Below, piece after piece: positions 48,778 to 63,329 of a stretch of DNA of 64,000 bases. Both the position numbers and the translations under genes were made by a program. The notes under the pieces are model-generated. The model did not search any database and had not been told where the DNA came from. It saw only the letters and a list, made by a program, of their open reading frames with translations. The stretch comes from the human T2T-CHM13v2.0 reference genome, Homo sapiens, in the NCBI RefSeq assembly GCF_009914755.1, contig NC_060928.1, one strand, 5' to 3'. How positions within the stretch are numbered: position 1 is the first letter of the stretch; the number at the start of each line of letters is the position of its first letter.

Positions 48778-49299
48778 TGAGAGTGGCAGGAGGCAGTCAA
48801 ATGCCCAGGCAGACAGGGTTGGGTCCCTGGTGAAACCCCACCTCCATGCTGAAGAATTTTAAAGCTTGAAAGCCAAGCTACAAGTTAAATCCTCGGACCA
48901 GATGGAGGACTTGTCTTCCTGTTTGGTGCGCTTTCCTCACAAACCAATCAGCACTCACTCCCCATTCTGAGTCCATAAAAGGCCCCAGACCCAGCCACAC
49001 AGGAGGAACTTCAAGTAGAACCATTCCCCCGAGCCCCACATTGCCTCTCTGCTGAAAGCCATTTTCATAGCTCAATAAAATTCTTCTCCGCCCTCCTCAC
49101 CCTTCAGTGTGTCGTGTATCCTCATTCTTCTTGGGTGCGCTACAAGAGCTTGGGAACTGCTGAAAGTGGGTACAAGCTATACCACAGGGGAGCTGAAGCA
49201 CGCCAGCGTGGCCAAGCAGGGCGTCGAGGCTGGGGCAGAGCGTCGCCAGCCAGGAGGTCCCCAGTTTACAAAGTGACCGAGAAGAAAACTCCTGCATCA
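48778..49299 (+). mobile_element. ERV1-class solo LTR (subfamily not assigned)
   Basis: tga...tca termini, CCAAT box (aaccaatcagc), TATA-like cataaaa, AATAAA at ~49074, ends aaaactcctgcatca. Confidence 0.7.
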
Positions 49300-50259
49300 T
49301 AATGATTATAATGGGGACAATATGCCTGGTATGAAATGAGCACGGTTCATCACAGCAGCAAACAAACAATATCAAACAGAAGCTTTATTTGCAAACCAGA
49401 GGCCATAGAACAAAGACTACCTCTCTTTCGCATGGAAATATCCATTGTCTTTGAACATGAAAGGAAATAATTGGTTTCTTAGGTTTGTAAGAGGTTGCAT
49501 TCATTACTTTATCAGACAACCTCCAGAATTTGAAATAGCCAGTGTTTTCTGATTTCTCCCTGAAGAATCAATATAATAAATACATCCCTAAATATATGCA
49601 ATATACCGTCTAAGTTAGGGTTTAACCTCATGCCTTATTTTCAGGAAAAACCAGAAACATTTATTTAATCCCTTTTATGGTCCTAAAACAATGTTTTCTT
49701 TATTAATTCCTTTATATAACACATATTCCACGCAACAAGAATAGGTGAAGTAGGCAGCATGCTGAGATCAAGGAGCTTTACTCAGAATCACTGTCTGTTT
49801 CAATCTGGGGGTGAAAATAAATTCTTTTTTAGGGGGACAATGGGAAAGAGGGATGAAAGAGGGGCTCAGAATTGGAGTCAAACACCTCCCTCTGAATCAG
49901 GTGATTGAGAAGGTGTCTTCATCGTGAATTTGACATGTGGCAACCCCTAACAAACACTAAATATCTACAGAGCTCTGTGACTTACAAACATGTGTCATTC
50001 ACTTAATTTCATAATTATCGTGCCATGAAAAAACTGAAGATATTAATCTACATTAGTGAAGCATATAAATTACAGGGAGAGGCAATATAGCACTCAGATT
50101 AAAAGCTCAGACCTGGCAGAAATAACAGACATGTTATTGGCCACATACTAGACATGTCACCTTAGGCGAGTAATTTTAACTGTTCTGTACTCTGTTTCCT
50201 CTCTGTTAAAAGGATCAAAATGAGTGTGACTAATCTGTGATAATTTTACAAGATGGCCC

Positions 50260-50810
50260 TGGGAAATAAAAATCTAATCTCAGACCCCAATTTACTATGC
50301 CAAAAGGAAAAAATTAAACTGAAAGCTGAGTCATTCAAGAAATTGCGTTTCCTTTTGTTCTTAGGCAGATAGCTACTGATAAAAGGTGAAGTATCTGCAC
50401 AGGTAGCTACTCCATGCTCACCTTATCTTAGGTAAAGTGCTGACTGACTGACATAATTGACTATTACCCTGCCCGCTCCTTTTCCCTTGCAACAGGTAGA
50501 TTCAGTAATGTGAACATCTGCTCCCTCTTTCCCCTTGTATTGAAACCTCAATACAAGTATTGAAACCTCAATACAAGTATTGAAACCTCAATATTCAATA
50601 CAAGTATTGAAACCTCAATATTCAATACAAGTATTGAATACTCAATACAAGTATTGAGTATTGAAACCCTCAAAATCTTCTTAGGAAAATGGCATGAACC
50701 ACAGATTGTTCCTGTGGATTTGAGATCCTTTTCTCTGGACATGTCCTTAACCTTTGCAAAATAAACTTCTAAATTGACTGAGACCCGTCTCAGATACTTT
50801 TTGGTTTCCA
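50260..50810 (+). mobile_element. MER4-group ERV1 LTR
   Basis: aagctgagtcattcaagaaattgcgtttccttttgttc...gcaaaataaacttctaaattgactgagacccgtctcagatactttttggtttcca. Confidence 0.7.
50534..50672. repeat. Palindromic 20/27-bp minisatellite (tattgaaacctcaatacaag)n inside the LTR
   Basis: Directly visible. First unit cttgtattga-aacc-tcaatacaag is a perfect 10-bp hairpin. Confidence 0.9.
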
Positions 50811-50814
50811 GCTT

Positions 50815-51245
50815 CAAAATTATTTGATACTGCTTCTACTGAGAGGTGAGGTCTGTATCTCGTCCCCTTACATTTACACTCTACTCTCCCTGACCCACAG
50901 AATGTGTTGGGAATGATGCATTATCACTTTCCAGCCTCAGGCAATAAGAAACTGACAACTTCCACTTCCTGTTTCTTGGGGCACTTGCTCTTGGAACCCA
51001 GCCACCATGCTGTGAGGAAGCCTAAGCTTCCCTGTGGAGAGAAAATAGCAGGCATCAACTTATCAGCCAGTAATAGCCATAATAAAAGTAGATCCTATAG
51101 TCCCAACTGATGCTCCATGGGGCATCAGAGCTGTCTCTGATGAACCCTGCCCAAATTGTATAACAAATCCTTAAACAAAAGAAATGATTGTTGTTTTCAC
51201 CCACTAAGCTTTGGGGTTATTTGTCATACAGCAATAGTAACTGGA
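50815..51245 (+). mobile_element. Old MaLR LTR (MLT1F-J-like)
   Basis: ctcttggaacccagccaccatgctgtgaggaagcctaagc...ttgttgttttcacccactaagctttggggttatttgtcatacagcaatag. Confidence 0.7.
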
Positions 51246-51354
51246 AGCCTGCTGCATGGTGTCACTGTGAAGATTAAACAATATTAATATGTAAAGCATT
51301 CAGAAGAGTGTCTACAAAAAGGTGGGCACTGTATTTTAGTCATAATCATAAAAG

Positions 51355-51572
51355 ACCTGCATTATTCAGTAAGATAGCCACTAGCCACATGTAGCTATTT
51401 AAATTCAAATTTAAGCCAAATGAATTTAAATAAAATTAAAAATTCAGTTCCTCAGTTGCATTAGCCACATCTCAAGTGCCCAGTGGCCATGTGTGGCTAA
51501 CTGCTACCATACTGGACGGCCCAGATAATGAACATTTCCACCATCCCAGAAAGTTTTTTTGGACAGCCCTGT
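51355..51572. mobile_element. MER3-like hAT-Charlie element
   Basis: tagccactagccacatgtagctattt...aaattcagttcctcagttgcattagccacatctcaagtgc...agaaagttttttggacagc. Confidence 0.8.
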
Positions 51573-52475
51573 TGTGCATTATAAAGAATAGCTAACAAGA
51601 AAGATGCAGAGTGGAGAATATATTGTGATCTACCTTAACAATTCAATGAAAAATAGCTTTTAAATAACAAAGTAACTGTTCATACATAATGTCTAAAACA
51701 TTTATAAACTTCAGTAGGTTTAGCTTTCCTTCAATTTACACTAATAATTTGCTGAGAAACACTGTATCCCTTCTTCTCCTTCACCCCTAGCTGAATCATG
51801 TCTGAATCACGAACAAGTTACTTAGTCCAAATAGCAAAGGTTGTTGCATTATTTATAAAAGTCAAAAAATAGCAACACCTGCATATTTGCAATGAGATAG
51901 TAAAAACATATCTAAATCATGGTTTCATTTGATGAAATAATATGCACTATTTAAAGATCTATGAAATTTTTTGTGAAGATACAGGAAAACACTATGATCC
52001 AATATTGAATTTCAAAAGCTGGATTCAAAACCTTACATGCAATATGATCCAACTAGTTTTTTTAAAAAATAAAAACGCATGAAGGTATAAAGCCAAAACC
52101 AAAATGCTAAGTGATTCTCGGTACTAAAATAATGAAATAAATTTAATTTTATCTTTATACTTTTCTATAACTTTCTAAAATTAGTATGTGGTACTTTTGT
52201 ACCAAGATGGTAGACACTTTAAAAAGTATGTAGAGCAGAGGCTGTTAGTCATTTGAGAGTCACAAACCCCTTTGTGAGGTCTGATGGATGCTAGGATTCC
52301 TATTTCAAAATTTTGCCTCCCGGTTCTGTGACTTCTTGAACCCAAATTAATGTAAGGGCAAGTGATGTAATAAAAATGACGTCCAAGTTTCTGCTTGAGC
52401 AACATAGTGGACATTGGACCCATTCATTGTGATGGGAAATATATATATATATATATAAAAAGCAAGTTTGCTTGG

Positions 52476-52870
52476 TGTTATGGTTTGAATTTTGTCACCC
52501 CCTCCTAAATTTATATGTTGAGCTCCTAACCCCCAATACCTCAGAATGTATTTGGAGATAGGATCTTTACATAGGTCATCTAGTTAAAATGAAGTCATCA
52601 GGGTGGACCCCAGTCCCATATGATTGGTGTCCTTCTGAAAAGGGGAAATGTGAAGAAAAAGGCAGAGATCTGGATGATGCTTCTTCTACAAGCTAAGGGA
52701 CACCAAAGATTGCCAGCAAATCACCAGAACCCAGGAGAGAGGCATGAAACAGATTCTCTCATAGCCCTCAGAAGGAGGAAACTTTGCTGACACATTCCTC
52801 TTGGACTTCTCTGTTGCTGAAACCACCCTGTCTGTGGTACTTTGTGAGGCAGCTCTAGCAAACGAATTCA
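52476..52870 (+). mobile_element. MaLR LTR (MLT1A-C-like)
   Basis: tgttatggtttgaattttgtcacccc...gtatttggagataggatcttt...tgtggtactttgtgaggcagctctagcaaac. Confidence 0.8.
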
Positions 52871-53084
52871 CTTGGCATCTTGAGGACAATGTCACAGTTC
52901 AGTTTTGAACACGCAGAAATAGAGGTAAGCAGGTGACATCCAGATGGAAATAGGCATTGAGCAACTGGATCTGCTCCACTCAGAAGCTGAGGAAGAACAG
53001 CCAGAGCTCCAGTCTAGGACAGAAAGGAATGAGTTTCCAGAAGAGGTAAGTGGTCAGCTGGGTCAGATGCTGTAAGAGAGCACA

Positions 53085-53712
53085 ACTAAAATACGAAGGA
53101 ACTGCAAAATGGTGCCGCTGCTATGCTGGATAGTATTAAGCCTTCTCGAAAGGTTAAAAATAGAACTACCATGTGATCTAGAAATCCCACTTCTGGGTAC
53201 ATATCCAAAAAAAGAATTGAAATCAGGATCTTGAGGAGATACCTGCACTCCCATGTTGTCTGCAGCATTAGTTACAACAGCCAAGATGTGGAAGCCACCA
53301 AAATTCCCATCGATAGACAAAGGGATAAAGAAATCGTGGCATATGAAAATGGAATATTATTCAGCTTTATAAAGAAGAAAATCCTGCCAAATGTGACAAC
53401 ATGGGTAAACCCTGAGGACATTAGGCTAAATGAAATAAGCCAGACACCAAAGGACAAATACTATACAATTCTGTTTATATATGGTATCTAAAATAGTCAA
53501 ACTCATAGAAACCAGAGAGTAGAATGGTGTTTGCCAGGGGCTGGGAGGGCAGGGGAATAGGGATAGTTGATGATCAACAGGCACAAAATATAAATTTTCA
53601 GTTACACGAGATTAATAAGTTCTAGAGATCTCACAATACTGTATTGTGCACTTAAAAATTTGTTCAGAGAGTAGACCTCATGTTAAGTGTTTTTACCATA
53701 ATTTTTAAAAAC
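53085..53712 (+). mobile_element. L1MA/MB 3' fragment
   Basis: aaaatagaactaccatgtgatctagaaatcccacttctggg...gacattaggctaaatgaaataagccagacac. Confidence 0.82.
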
Positions 53713-53738
53713 AGAGAGAAGGAAAGAAACAAACAACC

Positions 53739-54168
53739 TGCTATAGTTTGAATATGATCTGTCCCCTCCAAAACACACGTTGAAATTTGGTCCCCAATGT
53801 AACAGTGTTGAGCTGTAGTGGGACCTTTAAGAAGTGCTTGGGTCTTGGGGACTCCACGCTCATAAAGGAGTTAACGTTGTTCTCACAGAAGTGAGTTAGT
53901 TCTCATGGGAGGGGGTTAGTTATTGGGAGTTTGGATTGTTATAAAAGCGAGTTCAGCTTCCTCGGCACTTTCTTGCTTCCTCTCTCACCATGTGATTTCT
54001 TCCATTTTGTCACTGATGTCATGAAGCAGCAAGAGGCCCTTACCAGATATGGCTATCCAATCTTGGACTTCCCATCCTCCAGAACTGTGAGCAAAATAAA
54101 CCTCTATTCTTTATAAATTACCCAGTCTTAGGTATTCTGTTATAGCAACAGAAAACAAATGAAGACAC
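53739..54168 (+). mobile_element. MaLR LTR (MST family)
   Basis: tgctatagtttgaatatg...ttggtccccaatgtaacagtgttg...aattacccagtcttaggtattctgttatagcaacagaaaac. Confidence 0.8.
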
Positions 54169-54850
54169 AACCCAAGAGAAATCTTTAGAAAGAGGCTTGA
54201 GAAGAACTCAGATAAATCAGGCCACACAGAAATTCCTAAGAACACATGGGAAACCTTCAGTTTCTAATTTAGGAGCAGCTTGGGATTTTTTAACCTTTCC
54301 CTTCTTGGATTTTGCTCCCTGTTTCTCTGTAGTTTCCTGAAGTAAACATTCTTTAAAAATTCTAAAGATAAAGTAAAATAAAAAAGGAAATAAACAGGCA
54401 AAAATAAAATAGAAAGAAAAACAATCCACAGAAGCTCTTTGGTGGCCTTGCTGGAGCAGTTTTCCAATGAAATGGACGGCAAGATGCAAGCTGGATTCCC
54501 TGGGTTCAGGAACAGAGACACTGAGCTCATTGTGCTCCTTCCAGAAGCTCCTTCTGAGCAAGCAAGGAGGGTAGGGTAGTTCACCCTCAGGGTGAAGGGA
54601 AGAAATTTTTGTTTGGGGTTTATTTTTTAAGTGGATGAAACCAAAGTATTTATATGTAGAAGGGAAGGAGCAAAAGGGAGAGACAGAGCGGGAGTATGAA
54701 GCAATGGCCTTGAGATGACTTCCATATGAAGGAGGGGAGTTAAATATCTGAATAGAAAAGGATACAGTTTTTCCTGAGGCCTTCCTTTATAGTGGGTGGA
54801 AGAAAGTTGCGGGAACAGGTGCTTCTGTTGCCTTTTAACATAAAAAGCAA

Positions 54851-55140
54851 GGCCTGGTGTGGTGGCTTACACCTGAAATCCCAAGATTTTGGGAGGGCAA
54901 GGTGAGATTACACATTTTGTGAAACCTCATCTCTACAAAAAAATCCCCAAAAAATAAGATAGCTAGGAGTGCTTGTGCACACCTGTAGTCCCAGCTACTT
55001 GGGTGGCTGAGATGGGAGGATCAAATGAGGCCAGGAGGTGGAGGCTGCAGTGGGCCATGATTGTGCCACTCTACTGGGAGGGTGGGTCAGCCTGGGGGAC
55101 ACAGCGAGACCCTGTCACACACACACATATACACACACAC
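54851..55140 (+). mobile_element. Degenerate AluJ with (CA)n tail
   Basis: Alu motifs with an internal deletion. TSD aacataaaaagcaa on both sides. Confidence 0.8.
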
Positions 55141-56711
55141 TAAACATAAAAAGCAATGGCAAACCAGTGTAAAATGTACCTGCAGTCCCAACTACTGGGG
55201 AAGCTTGGGTAGGAGGATTACTTGAGCCCAGGAGTTCAAAGCCAGCCTAAGGAACAGCCAGGGAGGAAGCAATGACATCTGTTGGTAACTAGGAGGGTGA
55301 GGACAGAAGAGGGGACTTCAGCAGACAGGAGGCTTAGCAGAGAGACTGAAGGCAGGTGTCAGTGAAAATAATGCACAATGGCATTCAGGACACAGCTGAG
55401 ATGTGCACCCCAAATCTCTAACTGTATGAGACCACTCAGGGCATGCCATGCAGGCTGGAAACCAAGCAGAATAACAAATCAGGATCAGAATGGAAAGCAG
55501 ACAGAGCTAGAGTACGAAAGAGAACAGTTTAGGGTGAGATGGCTCCAGAATCGATGATATCTGATTCACACTAGTTTATTACAGCACTATCAATACTAAC
55601 AACAGCCACCACCACAACTATGGAGCATGTATGAGCCAACACTAAGCTAAGCATTGAATCTTCACAGTAAACCTATAAAATGGTTACCAGTGTTATCCTC
55701 ACATTACAGATGGGGAAACAGAAGCATAGAAAGGTCAGGCAATATTCCCAACATCAAGGTCACGTGGCTACCAAGTGGCAGTGCCTGGATTCAAACCAGG
55801 CAGTGTGGATCCTGCATGCTCAAACACACTTTATGTTACTCTCAGTGTCTGCATACGTAAAACACGACTTGTAAGAGAGTGCTGTTCATCTACCAATGCC
55901 TAAAGTACATTTTCATTATTTTTCTTTCAACAATATTTCATCATTTAGCCACTTTTCTGTTAAAATGCTAAATGATGGCCTATTCTTTCCTATTTCACAA
56001 CTTGGTTTAGAATAAAGCCTCCACAGACTTCAAAACCATGGATTCCAATTAGCACAGCAAGAAGTAGGATAAGTTTTGAAAATGTTCCCACCAGACTCCA
56101 AAGCAGTTTTACCAGATAAACAACAAAAAACTCTACTATTTGCCCTTATCACCAATCAATCTCCCTCCCAACTCCCAAATCACAGCTCGCCTTATGCAGG
56201 TCATAACCTGGGATCCCTACAGCCTTGCTGGCTCTTCAAAAACAAGCCCATCACTTCATTTTGAGAGTCTTTTGCACACAGCAAGAGCCACTGAAATAGG
56301 CAGAGCTTGGCTCTAGCTGGTAAGTGTGATTCTCTTCCACAGCACCACAAATAAAAAATGTCCAACACAAAGGCCAGTGTTTGTCAAAATTCTTTGGGTT
56401 TTTCCTGGGCCCAGTGAGCTTTGGTAAATTTGCTGTATTCTGAGGACCCACTAGGTATGTGTGTTTTGCCAAGATCCTGCTGAGATTACAAAAGAAAACG
56501 TGAGATGAAAAAGATCAAAGACAGCAGGGAACTGAGGAGGAGGCATGAAGCATGGCTGGAAGTCAACCTAAAAAGTCAAAAGCAATTTTCTAGCTTGTTT
56601 CCAAGTAATACTTGTATTTCCAACTGACCCCAATGGTCAGAGGAGCCGAGACAGAATGGCGGGGAAATGGCATTTCTCACACCCAGTGGGCATGGCTTGA
56701 GGGTTGCTAAC

Positions 56712-57649
56712 ATTTTTTGGTCTAGATTACCAAGATGGCTAAATGTCTAAATGTTCATTTCTCAAAAGGGGTTTTTCTTCATCCACCTTTGCCACCAGCT
56801 ACCTCTGTGATACTGAACAAGTCACTTCACCTCCCTGGGCCTCAGTTTCCTCATCTGAAAAATTAGAAGCAGGAGCTGATGTCCTTCATGGTTCTCAGAA
56901 TTCCACTATTCCCCAACCTTCTGCAGCCTCATTCACTCTGGGCTGACACTGCTGGAGATGAAGACACGAGCCCATCCTCCATGTCCACAAGGCCAAATCC
57001 AAACAGCTCTCAAATCCAACCACAGACTACAGACAAGGCAGCCGTCCTAATCTCTCCCAAGCACTTTGTGCTGACCAAGATCAAGATCAAGAATGGCTCT
57101 GATAGCAATTCTTCCTCTCCTTACCAGGAAAGGGTGCGCATTCTCAGAAGCTAGGGTTTCCTGGCAAACTGAACCAACAAACTCTTGATGGGAAAGGAAC
57201 TTGGCTGATAAGTGGATAACCCACATCAAGGTTAGCTGGAAAATAGTTTTTAAGCACACACACACACCCATTTTTATTTATTTATTTATTTATTTTTAAG
57301 CTAACATTCAAATCACAGTATCTGAGAAGGGTCTATTTTTTGGTCTAGATTACCAAGATGGCTAAATGTCTAAATGTTCATTTCTCTAAAGGGGTTTTTC
57401 TTCATCCACCATTTCCACCAGCTACCTGTGTGATACTGAACAAATCACTTCACCTCCCTGGGCCTCAGTTTCCTCATCTAAAAAATTACAAGCAGGAGCT
57501 GATGTTCTTCATGATTCTCAAAATTCCACTATTCCCCAACCTTCTGCAGCCTCATCCACAATTCACTCTGGGCTGACACTGCTGGAGATGAAGACACAAG
57601 CCCATCTTCCATGTCCACAAGGCCAAATCCCAACAGCTCTCAAATCCAA
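56712..57649. repeat. Local direct duplication of ~310 bp (56712-57019 and 57335-57649)
   Basis: Both copies run attttttggtctagattaccaagatggc...ctctcaaatccaa. The second has a 7-nt insertion. The unit contains a MIR fragment. Confidence 0.93.
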
Positions 57650-57944
57650 TTTTTTCATAACTCCTTTGACAGCAACATCAAATCTGACAAATTCATCTGG
57701 TAGCAAACCCTGCACTGACCTGATGTGTGGCTATTTACACACACTCTCCTAGTAAGGAGAGGAAGAATTGCTATCAGAGCCATTCTTAATCTTGATTTTG
57801 GTCAGCACAAAGCTCGGGGGAAGTCACATCATTTAGAGTTTAGACTACCAGTCCCAAGGGTTTCCGACTGTCACAACTCTAAGAGTAAGGAGATTGGTCA
57901 GGGTACTGCACTTGCTCAAGGTCACATGGTTAAAAACTGTTAAG

Positions 57945-58334
<390 letters not shown>

Positions 58335-58464
58335 TTATACCTACTAGGTGTACTAGTCCACCTAGTAGCCTCTCAGTCCTACTTTGGTAGAGCTAGGACC
58401 TATTATCTAGTCAGTAGCTAACAGCTTACTACTAGTGCAAAACAACCTGTTTTAAGTTAATTCT

Positions 58465-58775
<311 letters not shown>

Positions 58776-61225
58776 AAGTTAATTCTTTAAATACAGTTTA
58801 AATCAATTGCCCACAATAATAAAAGAAGAGAAACCAAAGCAAATTCTACAAAATAAAATCATCCCCAAATTATTCCTATTTGGTTACAGAGATAACTAAA
58901 GTCACAGTCTCTAAGACCATCTACCCACAGTGGCAATCATAAAGACACAGCATTTGCCCAAGCTCAAGAATATGTTGTAGAGAGAACAAATGGGCTTAAA
59001 CAGAATTGGAGAACACTGTAAGTCAGTATATAAATAAGTGCTGAACTCTGTAGTGAAACTTGAGGCAGCTACCAGCTTCCAGACAATTCCTAGACAAACA
59101 GCTGCTACAACCCCACCTTTCCCCGAAAAGGCAGCTATGACTGGGCAGGGAGGGGACACCCAGATGGCACCCACCTGCCAAAGTCCACCCACCCATGAAA
59201 CAAAACCCCACCCAACGCCAGCTGCATACAGTCCCTCAATTACTTTTATTTTGTTAAAATTCCTGAAATGCTACCATGAGTCATGAGCCCTGGAGTCTGA
59301 TTCTGGGTTGCAAAGACCACTCTGGGAACAGATGGAAGCTCAGACAACTTCCCCAATAAAACGTGCAGAAGTCAGCAAAGCCTAGCTATAAATCCTTATT
59401 TTCAGATGCATTTGGCTAATGGATGCCTTGAAAAATTATCATTACTAATGATAATTATCATTTTTAATGGGAAAATGCATTTCAACTTACAATCTACTTA
59501 CTCAAAAGTAGTATTTGGGGCATAACCTATCCTTAAGCTGGGGCTTTCTTCTTAAATACCACATAGATTGAGAAGGGAAGTAACAAAGATGATCCAGAAA
59601 GAAAAAGGACTTTATGCTGAGCCTCAACAGAATAACTGAATTTGGCTGGACAAAAAGGGAACAGGACACTCTTGACAGGCAGGAGGCTGGGGCACTCAGA
59701 GCATTCCTGAACCCCGGGTTGCTACCAGAACAAAGGACTGAAACTTGAGTGATGTCAATATAAAGAAACATCTTAAAAAAAAAAAAAAAGATGAAATCTA
59801 AATATTACCATCCCTGGCTTCAATTTGAACTGAAGAGAGAAAAATAACTTTGCAGAGTCAGATAAAGTCCCTAGCCTACTCCACACTGTCTCGGGTTTAC
59901 CATTTGAAGTTATTTCTTAAAGCCACAGAACTCCAACACAGATGACAGCTACAGCCACCCCCATCCCCCCATCTTCCCCCACCTCCCACCTCGCCCAAAG
60001 CTCCGTCTTGGGAGGAAATTAACTCTAGGATCCCGGTGTCTTGAGAGGCCAAGGACCTCAACTTCTGGACTCTTCCAGAGTATCTCAAACAATGGTTTGC
60101 ATTCAGGATACAACAGAAGGCTCATCTGACCTGGCCTCACCCCAGACTGGAGCAAGGTCAGCTTGCCAGTTATTTGCTTTGGGATACAGGCCAGGAAGCC
60201 ACCAACTGTGCCTCTAAGACAGAAGACTGAGGAGATTCCCACAGACCCTCACTGATGGCTGCACACATCAGTGGGGTCCTCAGAGAGGGGCGTGAGGAAA
60301 AGCAATACCCGTGGGGCTCAAGGACTGGGAGGGCTCCCTGCTGACTCTCTCCCCATCTTCTTTTCCTGTTCTCCAGCCCCTCCCTCCCTCTTTCGCTGCC
60401 CCTCCTCCTTTTGCTATTTTTGGTGCTGTCCATTTGGGGACTTTTCCAAAGTCTTTATTTACTGATAGCACCGTCTGTCTCCTGGGAAGGGGCTGGGTGG
60501 CTGCACAACAGGAATGGAGAGAGCCTCTGACTAATGGCTCTTGCGAACCTTTAAAATTACACATTATGTCCACTCAAGAAAGAAATGGAATTCTGAAGAA
60601 GTCATTTGTTTGAAGTGACCTTAAAGCAACAGGGCTTCAGAAATCTAATATTTGCTTCAGATTATTTCTGAAAGGTGGTACGTCATAAAGAATGAGTTGC
60701 TACTTTAATTGTCAATCGCAGCATTCACACGGGGTGTTAGTGGTGTCAGGCAGTGTTCTGGATGCTTCCTGGGCAATCTCATTCTTCCCTCGCAGCATCT
60801 GTAAGGAAGCATCTCTCATTACCCCCATTCGCAGATGAGGAAAATGAGGCACATGGGTTCAATAACAAGCCTCGGTGTGTAGGAGGACAGGATCCAACCC
60901 AGACAATGGAATCCCGGGGCCCACACTCTTAGCCATGTTGCTTAACAGTGTCTGTAAGTGGCGGTGGCCTTGGGTTTTATCTAGTGACACATGCATTTAG
61001 GTGGCTTTGTTAAACTGTCACCAATGAACCACACAGCTGGGCTGCATACAGGTCAACATTCACCCACCCAAGGCCCTTAAACACTAAGAAGCTGCCTCTC
61101 TCCAATGACCCTATGATATACGATTAACACTGGAACTTGCACATATCTTCTTCTGGTGTAAAAATCATCTTCATAAAAAAAAGACTGAAGTCAGCTGTAG
61201 GTGAATGAAATTTGTAGTGGCTTCA

Positions 61226-61583
<358 letters not shown>

Positions 61584-63329
61584 TCACTCATGTATAACTA
61601 CTTCATCTCCCTCTATAACTATCATAAAGGTAAAAGTAAAAGACCTTTCTCTAGCTATTGAAAAGCACCTTATTCACAGATGCATGTGTTCACATTATTG
61701 CTCAAAAACTGTTATTCAGTGGTTGCCACAAACATAATTTGTACTAGCAATGTTAATTACATGGCATCTAAAAATCTTTCAGAAAAAATATTTAAAAAGA
61801 AAGGAGAGGAATAAAGAAAATTTTCAATCATACACATGAGATAGGGACACACAGTACAAGATATAAAAGTTCCCACCCAAATAACACACTTTTCAATGCA
61901 CTTTCACATTCATTCTTTTATTTGAAATCCCTAATCCCAAGAAGTTAGGTAATATCATCATTCTGTAAATAAATCAGTGGCCTACATGATATCACTGGGT
62001 CGAGGCAGAGAAATGAGCCAAGCAGAAGAACCAAAGCTTAGGAGGACATTTTCCCCACCCACCTCACTACAACAGCGCACCACTCAGACATACCACGGTC
62101 AAAGGCAGGAATCCCAGCAGGACACAGAACTCGCCGGAAAACCCTGACTGAAGTCAAACACCTCTTTCCCTAAGTGGAGGTGGGGAAGTGAAGGTTTGTA
62201 CCTCTAATCCCTAACACAGTTCCTGCAACACAGTAGGAGTGCCTGAAACATCTGCTGCAGCAATGTTATATGTGAAAGCAAATTCTCTCATTGCAGAAGG
62301 GCTCCTGGGTAATCAATCAAGTCCCCAAGTTCACAGTAACTTTATAAGCAGTTTTGTTAAGATCCTATTTGGTAGAACAGAATATCCAGTGTACTTACAC
62401 CCCATTTGCCAAATGCCAACAGTTTTTACAAACATAAATAAGTAGATTCTTTTCAGAGCTGGACAACTGATACACCCCACTGCTTCACCCCCTTGTTGGG
62501 TAAGTCCTTTCTGAAGGATGTAAATATACCAGCATGCTCCTGGGTTCATCGAAATCAACAGAAGTTTCCAGTTTGCAAAGATCCAAAAGAAAGGCTATAA
62601 ATAGCAGCACATTCCTAAACCCAGCTTGGGGAACTAGCTCTCAACTGGATTTTCACAGGACTCCAATTCATCCCCAACTGCCAGATCCATAAGGGGACGC
62701 TAAATCCGAGCTTACACAACCTCACCAAAGGCTACTGCCCAATTTCCACGTGGCTGCGAGTCCTAACAGAACTGTTCATGTATATTCCTTGCAAGAGGCC
62801 AACCAAGAACTAGGTTAGAAATTATTTAAACTATGGGAGGAAGTCTAAGTAGCAAGGGCCAGAAAAAAACCATCAAATAGGAGGAAACACGCCATCTCAG
62901 CCTGTCTCCAGTAGCAACGGGAAGAAATGGGGTCAAAGGGGTGCTCCTTTAGGAAATCAGTGAATTCCCTGAAGCTTACAGAGAGCTGGTGCAGGAAACC
63001 AGTCCTTGGGGAGCTAGATCCCTGGTTTCTGGGCACAACTGGCACCTGTCAGGGTTAGAAGTCCAGCCAAGTCATTTCTACCCTGCAGAATAGGACATAA
63101 ACTAATCACATGGGGAAAAAATGGGTGGTGCTGAGCTGGCTGGAGGGAAGCAAGGGCGTCAGAAAGGAAGACTGGCCCAGCACCCGACCAGGCAGAGGGA
63201 GAAAGAGAGATGGTGACTGATGCCCCTGTGGAGTGTTGGGGGTTTATGATTTCCAGATCCAGGGCCTCTAGGATGCTCAACTACTTTACCACCAACTGCT
63301 AACAGCCACTAACCTTTACTGGAATTTTT

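Noticed and set aside
50534-50672. Palindromic short repeats resembling a CRISPR array
   Set aside because: Units are head-to-tail with no unique spacers, there are no cas genes, and the context is a eukaryotic LTR.
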